From the IMG/VR virus record IMGVR_UViG_3300047275_000196, positions 1-42,860 of that record: a stretch of DNA of 42,860 bases. The stretch is one strand, 5' to 3'. The position numbers and the translations under genes were made by a program. Below, in pieces: positions 7,890-14,346 of the stretch; position 1 is the stretch's first letter; each line of letters begins with the position of its first letter. The notes below the pieces were generated by a model. That model was given only the letters and a program-made list of their open reading frames with translations, did no database searches and was not told the DNA's origin. This stretch comes from a virus (Duplodnaviria; Caudoviricetes).

Positions 7890-9098
7890 TCACGCCACTT
7901 CCGGCGTACTGTTTTGATCAGGTTGCTCGACCGGCTCAGGGATCGCCAGCCCAGCCATCGCCGCCTCGATGACGGCGTCGGACATGTTTGCCTTCCAAAT
8001 TTGCTGTAGCACCTCGCGTGACTCAGGCGATGCTCGATTGACCATCGTCTGCTCAAACGCCATGCGCGTCGGCATTTTGTCAGCCAGCGCCTCAGCGAGA
8101 TAAAACGCCTCGCGCAGCGTCGGAACGTGATCCAACTGACTAGACTGACCAGCCTGCCGCATCACATCGAGCAGCCTGACAATCAACGTCGCAAGATTGA
8201 CGTGGACGCCAGTGCGATTGCTGATCACGAGTGCCTCGTCAGCAGGCTTCAGGTAACTGAACTCGACTGTGCGAGCGAAACGATTGACGAACGCGACGTT
8301 CATCTCGCGAACGCCCACATACATGCCGGTGTAGTCGCCGCGACCGTTCGAGTTGTCAGCAGCGAAGAACACCACGCCCGGAGCCTTGCGAATCACTTCG
8401 CCAGTCTCAGGCACCGTGACCACGCCCTCCGGCTCCAGCGGCGCGTGAAGTGCCGACAGGTACTCAGGGCGAGCGAACGACACTTCATCGAGCAGGATCA
8501 CAGCACCGGGTCGCACGAAGCCTCGCAGGATGATGCCGTGCTGGTACACGGTCGATCCGTTGCGGACACGCTCGCCGCCGATGAACTCGTACCGCTCAGC
8601 GCCAGAATCGAACGATACGCGAACAAAGGCGCGACCAAGGCCAGCGCACAGGTTGCGTACGAACTCGGTCTTGCCGGTGCCTGCTTGGCCAGCCAGCCAG
8701 ACGTTGCGACCGCGAGCAATCGCAGTCACAGCAGCGAACAGTTGTTCCGGGTTGAACTTGTACAGCGGATCGAGCGACGGCGCTGCCGGATCGTTCCACA
8801 CCTCGACCTCGTGATCAGCGTACCGCCCACGGATTCCGAAGACCTCGCGCAGCGACTTGCGGGCGACGATCTCGACATTCGGCACTTCGACCGACGCAGA
8901 AGGCGCAGGGGCGGCGACCGATCCGAGGGAGCCTGAGATAAGCCCCATCGATGCAATCGCCTCAGAAACGCTCTCAGGCGGTAATGATGACACTTGCTCG
9001 ATGAAGTCCTGCTTGGACTTGCGGGCGTAGTCGCCAGCGGAGCCGGTAACCCGGCGAACCAACTCCACGAGTTGGGACTTGGACATTTGGTTGATCAT
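7890..9098 (-). CDS. CobS/MoxR-like AAA+ ATPase
   Basis: Walker A GQAGTGKT, Walker B ILLDE, AADNSNG.GD.TGMY.G, AFVNRF; adjacent to the VWA gene. Confidence 0.9.
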   Translation of the reverse strand: MINQMSKSQLVELVRRVTGSAGDYARKSKQDFIEQVSSLPPESVSEAIASMGLISGSLGSVAAPAPSASVEVPNVEIVARKSLREVFGIRGRYADHEVEVWNDPAAPSLDPLYKFNPEQLFAAVTAIARGRNVWLAGQAGTGKTEFVRNLCAGLGRAFVRVSFDSGAERYEFIGGERVRNGSTVYQHGIILRGFVRPGAVILLDEVSFARPEYLSALHAPLEPEGVVTVPETGEVIRKAPGVVFFAADNSNGRGDYTGMYVGVREMNVAFVNRFARTVEFSYLKPADEALVISNRTGVHVNLATLIVRLLDVMRQAGQSSQLDHVPTLREAFYLAEALADKMPTRMAFEQTMVNRASPESREVLQQIWKANMSDAVIEAAMAGLAIPEPVEQPDQNSTPEVA

Positions 9099-9127
9099 GG
9101 GAGCCTCACAGTTGTTGTTGATTGTCT

Positions 9128-9189
9128 GACCTCGTCAGGCAGTGCATGACACTGCGACAGGGACGCCTCACGGCGAGCCTGTTTCGGTC
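9128..9189 (-). ncRNA. Type II hammerhead ribozyme HH1
   Basis: - strand gacc-GAAA-cagg[ct cgcc gtga ggcg tc]cctg-TC-gcagtg tcatg cactgc-CTGACGA-ggtc: complete core, three stems, GUC site (cut between 9156 and 9155). Confidence 0.93.
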
Positions 9190-9371
9190 TACTGAGCCAT
9201 CTCCTTGATGCCAGCGATGCGACCATCGAACCGGCCAAGTTGGTATATGTACACCAGCGTTGCGCGTACCGACTCAGCAGACGGCGGGAATCCGCACTGG
9301 GCGGTCTCGCCGAAGCGCCGCATCAGGGTCTCGACGATCCGCTCGACTTCGGCGTTGGGATACTTTTCCAT
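9189..9371 (-). CDS. Small hypothetical protein (MEKYPNAEV...)
   Basis: GGAGG SD before ATG 9371; TAG overlaps HH1. Confidence 0.65.
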   Translation of the reverse strand: MEKYPNAEVERIVETLMRRFGETAQCGFPPSAESVRATLVYIYQLGRFDGRIAGIKEMAQ

Positions 9372-9373
9372 GA

Positions 9374-9466
9374 TCAATCCTCCAAGCGGGTTGCGATTAG
9401 GTAGGCAGCGACCAGCATGACGGCGACCAGCCACATGCGTACGGCGTAGAACAGAAAGACTTCCAT
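9374..9466 (-). CDS. 30-aa hydrophobic peptide (MEVFLFYAVRMWLVAVMLVAAYLIATRLED)
   Basis: GGAGGT SD; TGATG coupling to the upstream ORF; single TM-like stretch; fills the gap exactly; not in the ORF track. Confidence 0.55.
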   Translation of the reverse strand: MEVFLFYAVRMWLVAVMLVAAYLIATRLED

Positions 9467-9657
9467 CACTTCACCTCCCAAACCTCGTGTCCGCGACCAC
9501 TGGTCGCGTCACGGTTGTCGCGGTCGCGGCTGAGTTTGAATTCAGCCACGGCAGCGTACTTGTGCCAGTCTTTGCCGGTCATCTCGATCCGAGCATTCTT
9601 GGCGTAATCGAAGCCAGCGAATTTGGTTCGCGGCGGCAGTTTGATCATTTTCATCAT
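9466..9657 (-). CDS. Small hypothetical protein
   Basis: GAGGT SD; 63 aa; operon packing. Confidence 0.6.
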   Translation of the reverse strand: MMKMIKLPPRTKFAGFDYAKNARIEMTGKDWHKYAAVAEFKLSRDRDNRDATSGRGHEVWEVK

Positions 9658-9662
9658 TCACC

Positions 9663-9917
9663 TCACAGGTCGTACAGCGATACGCTGGTGGACATCACTT
9701 CCGAAACGACTTCGGCGAGTTGCTCTTCAGTAAGCAACTGCCGCACCTTTTTCGCATCGATGCGGCTCGATGACCGCTCCGATACGACAGCGCGAAAAAC
9801 GTCGCCGCGATACTCGCCAGCGCCGGACTCACGCAGGATTTTCTTGATGGCCTCAGCCTGAGCATTCAGGGTGGCAATCTGTGCGTTAAGCGCACCAAGT
9901 TGATCGACGATTTGCAT
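9663..9917 (-). CDS. Small phage protein with N-terminal coiled coil
   Basis: GAGG SD after HH2; IVDQLGALNAQIATL...IDAKKV. Confidence 0.7.
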   Translation of the reverse strand: MQIVDQLGALNAQIATLNAQAEAIKKILRESGAGEYRGDVFRAVVSERSSSRIDAKKVRQLLTEEQLAEVVSEVMSTSVSLYDL

Positions 9918-9947
9918 ATAGCCTCACAGTTGTTGTTGATAGTTGTT

Positions 9948-10001
9948 GGTCTCGTCAGTGGCAGCGTGACTGCCAGACCGGGGCGAACCCCGGTTTCGAC
10001 C
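9948..10001 (-). ncRNA. Type II hammerhead ribozyme HH2
   Basis: - strand ggtc-GAAA-ccgggg ttcg ccccgg-TC-tggcag tcacg ctgcca-CTGACGA-gacc; GUC site (cut between 9976 and 9975). Confidence 0.95.
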
Positions 10002-10036
10002 TATTGCCCAGTGGCTTTCCATCGCTGCGCGTTCAT
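10001..10036 (-). CDS. 11-aa mini-ORF MNAQRWKATGQ
   Basis: ATGA-coupled to the upstream stop; in-frame TAG overlaps the first base of HH2. Confidence 0.35.
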   Translation of the reverse strand: MNAQRWKATGQ

Positions 10037-10230
10037 GCGGCCACCTGTGAGAGTTTGGTTTCATGTATGGACTCTTCAGCATGGACGCAGCCCAAATCTG
10101 TAAAGGCTTCGTCATCGTCCTCCCATGTTTCCATCGCCAGCTCTTCAGCCTCGGCGGCGTTCTCTGCCTCAACTTCAACTTGATAAATGCGGTGTTCGAT
10201 ACGGGCGATTTGTACTGTGTAAAGTTTCAT
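10033..10230 (-). CDS. Small acidic protein, DpnD/PcfM-like
   Basis: MKLYTVQI......VEVEAENAAEAEELA pattern; ATG 10230 follows the CAACAAC/GGAG leader. Confidence 0.65.
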   Translation of the reverse strand: MKLYTVQIARIEHRIYQVEVEAENAAEAEELAMETWEDDDEAFTDLGCVHAEESIHETKLSQVAA

Positions 10231-10252
10231 GCGGTTTCCACTCCAGTTGTTG

Positions 10253-10564
10253 TTAACAGTTGTTGGTCTCATCAGCACCCGCATCACGGGTATGCTGACT
10301 AAGTAGCAGGGCACGTTTTCGCATAAACTCGAAGAACCCCTGCAACCACTCGACGGCTTCGGGGTCGTTCTCGACGTTCGCCTCTGGATCGTCTAAGTCG
10401 CAGTAACCAAGGGCATCATCGACCAGTTCCACCCAGCCACTGAATTCGGCGCTGTAGCACTCGCCGTAAACGTGGCGCAGCCCGTACACGGCGCGAACGC
10501 TGCCGTCATCTAGTTGCAGTGCGCGGATGATCGACGCTGGAATAGCGGACTCGATGGGAAGCAT
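10253..10564 (-). CDS. Hypothetical protein; C-terminus reads through the half-ribozyme
   Basis: AGGAG SD after HH3; 103 aa. Confidence 0.65.
   Translation of the reverse strand: MLPIESAIPASIIRALQLDDGSVRAVYGLRHVYGECYSAEFSGWVELVDDALGYCDLDDPEANVENDPEAVEWLQGFFEFMRKRALLLSQHTRDAGADETNNC
10265..10292 (-). other. 3' half of a hammerhead (stem I, CUGAUGA, gacc) lacking the GAAA/stem III half
   Basis: - strand tacccg tgatg cgggtg-CTGATGA-gacc-aacaac; no ggtc-GAAA-stem III-UH upstream. Confidence 0.7.
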
Positions 10565-10585
10565 GGGGATCTCCTAGAAGTTGTT

Positions 10586-10637
10586 GGTCTCGTCAGTGGC
10601 GGCCTCACCGCCAGACCGGCTCGCGCCGGTTTCGACC
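10586..10637 (-). ncRNA. Type II hammerhead ribozyme HH3
   Basis: - strand ggtc-GAAA-ccggc gcga gccgg-TC-tggcgg tgagg ccgcca-CTGACGA-gacc; GUC site (cut between 10614 and 10613). Confidence 0.95.
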
Positions 10638-10840
10638 TAATCCTCGTAGTTGCTTGCTTCAGGGTGCGGCTCGACTGACCCCTTGTAGTACGGGTTGCGG
10701 TACCACACGTCCCGGTCGCTCAAGATCCAGCACACGTCACGCCGCTGGGCACCGACGTTATCCGCATACTCGCGGTCTGCCTGAGCCATCGTGGCGTACT
10801 CATCGTAGGCTTGAGCGATCATGTTGTAGTGACTGTTCAT
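10637..10840 (-). CDS. Small hypothetical protein, first gene of the leftward operon
   Basis: GGAG SD; WILSDRDVWYRNPYY.G...PHPE; TAG overlaps HH3. Confidence 0.75.
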   Translation of the reverse strand: MNSHYNMIAQAYDEYATMAQADREYADNVGAQRRDVCWILSDRDVWYRNPYYKGSVEPHPEASNYED

Positions 10841-10868
10841 GTCTGTCTCCAGTTGTTGTTAACAGTTG

Positions 10869-11046
10869 TGACTCAGTGCAGCGTCCTCAGCGAAGACGCT
10901 CTACTGAGTCAAGTTTCCCGGTACGTTGGGCAGATACTGGTCTGCTTTAGGCCGGACTCCCTTCGGAGCCGCCGGGGCTGCTGCTCGCCCATCCCGGCAC
11001 CAGAACCTTTGTTTTTCACCTAGCGGCTTGGCCTGTCTGGGAGGCC
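10869..11046 (-). ncRNA. Structured 5' leader with five hairpins
   Basis: Stems at 11030-11046, 10971-10998, 10955-10970, 10930-10945 and 10869-10911 between the promoter and the first ATG. Confidence 0.55.
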
Positions 11047-11056
11047 AGTGATGGGA

Positions 11057-11085
11057 AGTCTGAACAGTTCAACAACTGTTGTCAA
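11057..11085 (-). promoter_or_regulatory. Leftward sigma70 promoter overlapped by CAACAACT repeats
   Basis: - strand TTGACA (11085-11080), 17 bp, CAGACT (11062-11057); A-tract upstream; spacer holds the inverted repeat aacagtt-caac-aactgtt. Confidence 0.7.
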
Positions 11086-11145
11086 CAACTTTTTTTAACA
11101 TTTGTCGAAATAGATGTTTTCCCCTAGGAAAATAGGAGTTTTGAA

Positions 11146-11364
11146 ATGATGAAGGGCAAAATGCACGGGAAAAAGCGCGGAAAGATGCACGGCAAAGAGG
11201 AAGGCTCGAAGCACGGGCGTGCTGAGATGCGTGCGTTGAAGCGCGGCGGCGCGAGTCAGGCCGTGATGGCTGACGAGGCCGCTGAATACGGCATGAAGCA
11301 TGGCGGCATGGTCGGCAGCGGCTGTGGCGGATATCGCGGCAAGCAGGACTACGGCAAGCGCTGA
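11146..11364 (+). CDS. Small basic Met/Lys/Gly-rich protein
   Basis: AGGAG SD; GKMHGK twice; MKHGGMVG motif. Confidence 0.65.
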   Translation: MMKGKMHGKKRGKMHGKEEGSKHGRAEMRALKRGGASQAVMADEAAEYGMKHGGMVGSGCGGYRGKQDYGKR

Positions 11365-11546
11365 TGCCCGCGAAGAAGTCAACAGTCAATGCCGCTGGTA
11401 ATTACACCAAGCCAGCGTTACGCAAACGACTGTTCGAGGAAATCAAAGGGAAGGCCACTCACGGCACGAAAGCCGGACAGTGGTCTGCCCGCAAGGCACA
11501 GTTGTTGGCGAAAGAGTACAAGGCCAAGGGCGGCGGCTACCGATGA
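11364..11546 (+). CDS. DUF5872-like protein, N-terminal part
   Basis: NYTKPALRKRLFEEIK...GQWSARKAQLLAKEYKAKGGGY signature (recalled). Confidence 0.7.
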   Translation: MPAKKSTVNAAGNYTKPALRKRLFEEIKGKATHGTKAGQWSARKAQLLAKEYKAKGGGYR

Positions 11547-11776
11547 AAGCGCCGCAACGCAGCCTGAAAGAGTGGACGGCGCAGAAGTGGCGCACCAAGT
11601 CTGGGAAGCCCTCCAGCAAAACGGGAGAGCGGTATCTCCCGGAGGCCGCTATAAAGGCACTAACGCCGCAAGAGTACGCAAAAACCAGCGCCGCCAAGCG
11701 AGCAGGGACGAAGCGAGGCAAGCAGCATGTAAGGCAGCCCGAGAAAATCGCTCGCAAGACGGCTCGATACAGGTGA
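11543..11776 (+). CDS. DUF5872-like protein, C-terminal part
   Basis: QRSLKEWTAQKWRTKSG...ERYLPEAAIKAL; ATGA coupling. Confidence 0.7.
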   Translation: MKAPQRSLKEWTAQKWRTKSGKPSSKTGERYLPEAAIKALTPQEYAKTSAAKRAGTKRGKQHVRQPEKIARKTARYR

Positions 11777-11780
11777 GGCA

Positions 11781-12377
11781 ATGAGCGACAGTAAGCGTGA
11801 GGAAAAACGCCGCGCCGCCCGAGAGCGTAAAGACGCTGCACAGCGGCAAGAACTCGCCATAGAGCGAGAGAGAGAGCAGGAAGCCTTCAAGGCACTGCAA
11901 GAGTCCCGACAGAAGGGAATCATGGGGAGACCCAGTTCCTACACGGACGAGCGAGCAGACGAACTCTGCACATGGATCGCGCAGGGGAATAGCCTCCGCA
12001 GTTTCTGCAAGTTGCATGGGATGGAAGCCCAGACGGTGTACCGGTGGATGCGTGAGCGGCCAGACTTCCAACAGCGCTACGCACGCGCACACGAGGATCG
12101 TGCCGACTCCCTCGCGGACGAAATGTGCGATATCGCGGACGAAGTGGCCGCCAACGGGGGCAGCATCGAGGCCGTACAGGCCGCCCGACTGCGTATCGAC
12201 ACGCGTAAGTGGATCGCCGCCAAGTTGCGACCGGGCAGGTGGGGAGAGGTGCAGGCTCCCAAGGCGCAGACCGCCGTCACCTTCAAGATCGGACTGCCGC
12301 TCATGGACAAGGGGGGTGGGGGAATCACCATCGACGCGACTCCCGCTGTTGAGGCGCTGACAGACGAGTCCCGGTAG
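11781..12377 (+). CDS. terS: Terminase small subunit (Sf6-like)
   Basis: GRPSSYTDERADELC..IA.G.SLR..C...TVYRW...FQQRYARA...ARLRIDTRKWIAAKL.P signature. Confidence 0.85.
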   Translation: MSDSKREEKRRAARERKDAAQRQELAIEREREQEAFKALQESRQKGIMGRPSSYTDERADELCTWIAQGNSLRSFCKLHGMEAQTVYRWMRERPDFQQRYARAHEDRADSLADEMCDIADEVAANGGSIEAVQAARLRIDTRKWIAAKLRPGRWGEVQAPKAQTAVTFKIGLPLMDKGGGGITIDATPAVEALTDESR

Positions 12378-12738
12378 GCTAGCGGGCGACACGCGGTTCC
12401 TATCGTAGGCGAGCGGCACCCTCGGCGACGGCCAGCCAGCGGCACTCTCGCGACGCCCCCAGCGGGACTCGGGCAGCGACGTGGCGGCGGCTTTGGTTCC
12501 ACCACACATACCTCCTCACACGCACTGGTTGACTTCGGTCGCGCCAGACCCCCCATGCTGGCCATCGAGCAGCGCACCGGGGGGCTATGTTGACATCTCG
12601 TAAAATTTTTTTTCGGCTGCCCTAGGCGGCTATGTACCCAATCGGCCACGGGGTGCCTCCTCATCTACCCCAAGTCAGGTTCGCCTCCCCTGACGGTAGT
12701 GGCGCGGGATGTCGTAACCCGCAACTACTGGAGGTTTT

Positions 12739-13041
12739 ATGAGCTTGATACCGACGAAGTTTCAGGTGATGGGCTGCACAGTGGAAGTGCAGATACGTTC
12801 TGCTGAGGAGTGGGGATATGAGGATGGCGTGGTTGGGATCTACGACCCAATGCGCCACAAGATCCAACTCCTTCAAGCGGATCTCCAGATGATGGAGCAT
12901 GCGTACTTTCATGAGCTAGTTCACTGCGTGTTGCACACCCTAGGGCGGGAGAAGCTGTCCTCCGATGAGCAACTCGTGGACACCGTGGCGGGCCTGTTAC
13001 ATCAGGCGATGAAGACCGCCGTATACAACAAAGGTAAATGA
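12739..13041 (+). CDS. Small HExxH metallopeptidase-like protein
   Basis: YFHELVHCVLH followed by DEQLVD; GGAGG SD. Confidence 0.75.
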   Translation: MSLIPTKFQVMGCTVEVQIRSAEEWGYEDGVVGIYDPMRHKIQLLQADLQMMEHAYFHELVHCVLHTLGREKLSSDEQLVDTVAGLLHQAMKTAVYNKGK

Positions 13042-13045
13042 GGCA

Positions 13046-14113
13046 ATGAAGCGTAAGTATTCTGATGAGGAGATGCAGGCAGCCCTTGCTCGCAACGGAT
13101 TTGCCCGCGAGAAGACTGCTCTGGAATTGGGACTATCGATACGGAACCTGATGGTTCACTTGGCGCGATGGAAGGCGCAGGGTTACGAGATACCAGAATC
13201 CCCGTACCGCAAGAAGGTCGAGGGTCGGCTGATCAGTAAGCCTGAGTATGAAATCGAGACGCCGCCGGAAGACGACATCCCAATCGATGATCTGGTGGAA
13301 ATGCGGAAACGGCAGTTTGCCGCCAAGCGTGACCACGAAGAAGCGGCGAAGCTGATCCCGGTCAAGATCAAGATGAAGGGGGCTATCGGCCTCCTGCACT
13401 TTGGTGACCCGCACGTAGATGACGACGGCACCGATATCGCCGCCCTTGAGGAACACACCCGCCTCGTCCGCGAGACTGAGGGCATGTTTGCTTGTAACGT
13501 AGGCGATACGATCAACAACTGGTGCGGCAGACTAGCCCGCCTCTACGGCGAGCAGGCTACGTCAGCGGCGCAGGCTTGGCGTTTGGCTGAGTGGTTCGTT
13601 GGCCGGTGTGACTGGCTATACATGATCGGCGGTAACCACGACTTGTGGTCTGGTGCCGGTGACCCGCTCAAGTGGATCGCCAAGCAGCAGAACTCGATGT
13701 ACAAGGCCAGCGAGGCTCGTATCTCGCTAAACTTTCCGAATGGCCTGAGCGTGCGGGTGAATGCCCGCCATGACCACTCTGGCTCTTCGATCTGGAATCC
13801 GGCTCACGGGCCGATGAAGGCTGCGTTGATGGGTACTCGTGACCACATCTACGTTGCCGGACACAAGCACGAGTCAGCGTACTCTGTACTCAAGGACGCT
13901 ATCAGTGGCATTACTATGCATGCGCTGAAGGTTTCGAGCTACAAGATCTACGACCGATTCGCCAAAGAGAGAGGGTTCAGGGACAACACCCTGAGTCCTT
14001 GCGCTGTCACGGTAATCAACCCCGACCTGCCTGAGACGCACCCTGATCTGATCAAGGTGTTCTGGGAACCCAGCGAGGCGGTGAAGTACCTCAACTACTT
14101 GCGGAAGAAGTGA
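13046..14113 (+). CDS. Calcineurin-like metallophosphoesterase with N-terminal HTH
   Basis: GDPH, VGD, GNHD, H, GHKH motifs; N-terminal ALARNG..REKTALELGLS resembles a Fis-type HTH. Confidence 0.85.
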   Translation: MKRKYSDEEMQAALARNGFAREKTALELGLSIRNLMVHLARWKAQGYEIPESPYRKKVEGRLISKPEYEIETPPEDDIPIDDLVEMRKRQFAAKRDHEEAAKLIPVKIKMKGAIGLLHFGDPHVDDDGTDIAALEEHTRLVRETEGMFACNVGDTINNWCGRLARLYGEQATSAAQAWRLAEWFVGRCDWLYMIGGNHDLWSGAGDPLKWIAKQQNSMYKASEARISLNFPNGLSVRVNARHDHSGSSIWNPAHGPMKAALMGTRDHIYVAGHKHESAYSVLKDAISGITMHALKVSSYKIYDRFAKERGFRDNTLSPCAVTVINPDLPETHPDLIKVFWEPSEAVKYLNYLRKK

Positions 14114-14346
14114 TGGAACTTCAAACAGCATTCAATGTGATACTGGGCTTAGCATCTACAGCCCTAGGCTGGTTTGCTAGGGAACTCTGGTCGGCAGTTA
14201 ATGATCTGAAGAAAGACTTGTCGAAGCTCAGAGAAGATATCCCGAAGAGCTACTTGAGTAGAGATGATTACCGAGAAGACCTCAGAGAGTTGAAAGGCAT
14301 GCTCGAAAAGATCTTCGATCGATTAGAGAACAAGGCCGACAAATGA
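14113..14346 (+). CDS. Membrane-anchored coiled-coil protein of the lysis region
   Basis: N-terminal TM followed by a coiled coil ending LENKADK. Confidence 0.7.
   Translation: MELQTAFNVILGLASTALGWFARELWSAVNDLKKDLSKLREDIPKSYLSRDDYREDLRELKGMLEKIFDRLENKADK

Noticed and set aside
6469-8936. + strand ORFs (222 aa, 269 aa) within the AAA/VWA genes
   Set aside because: Antisense shadows; the poly-Ser/Cys tracts mirror acidic and Gln codons on the coding strand.
5904-9098. Cobalamin biosynthesis auxiliary metabolic genes (cobS/cobT symbols)
   Set aside because: Only family-level AAA+/VWA similarity; no cobN or other cob genes, so symbols were withheld.
9924-10178. 84-aa - strand ORF running through HH2
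   Set aside because: Alternate frame overlapping the better-supported 10033-10230 gene; no SD; crosses the ribozyme.
10265-10325. Fourth intact hammerhead using the GAAA near 10320
   Set aside because: Stem II would have one pair, stem III does not close on the GAAA, and no UH precedes stem I.
9100-10870. CRISPR array suggested by recurring gttgttg-containing repeats
   Set aside because: Spacing is hundreds of bases and irregular, the intervening DNA is coding, and no cas genes are present; ribozyme/leader cassettes explain the repeats.
10913-10990. c-di-GMP-I riboswitch (- strand UCCGGCCUAAA resembles its P3)
   Set aside because: No GCAAA motifs, no matching receptor 3' strand and no P1.
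12590-12620. Promoter at TTGACA 12590
   Set aside because: No acceptable -10 hexamer at 16-18 bp spacing.
11649-12664. Long - strand ORFs (286 aa, 195 aa) opposite terS
   Set aside because: Shadow ORFs in GC-rich DNA antisense to a well-supported gene; no recognisable motifs.
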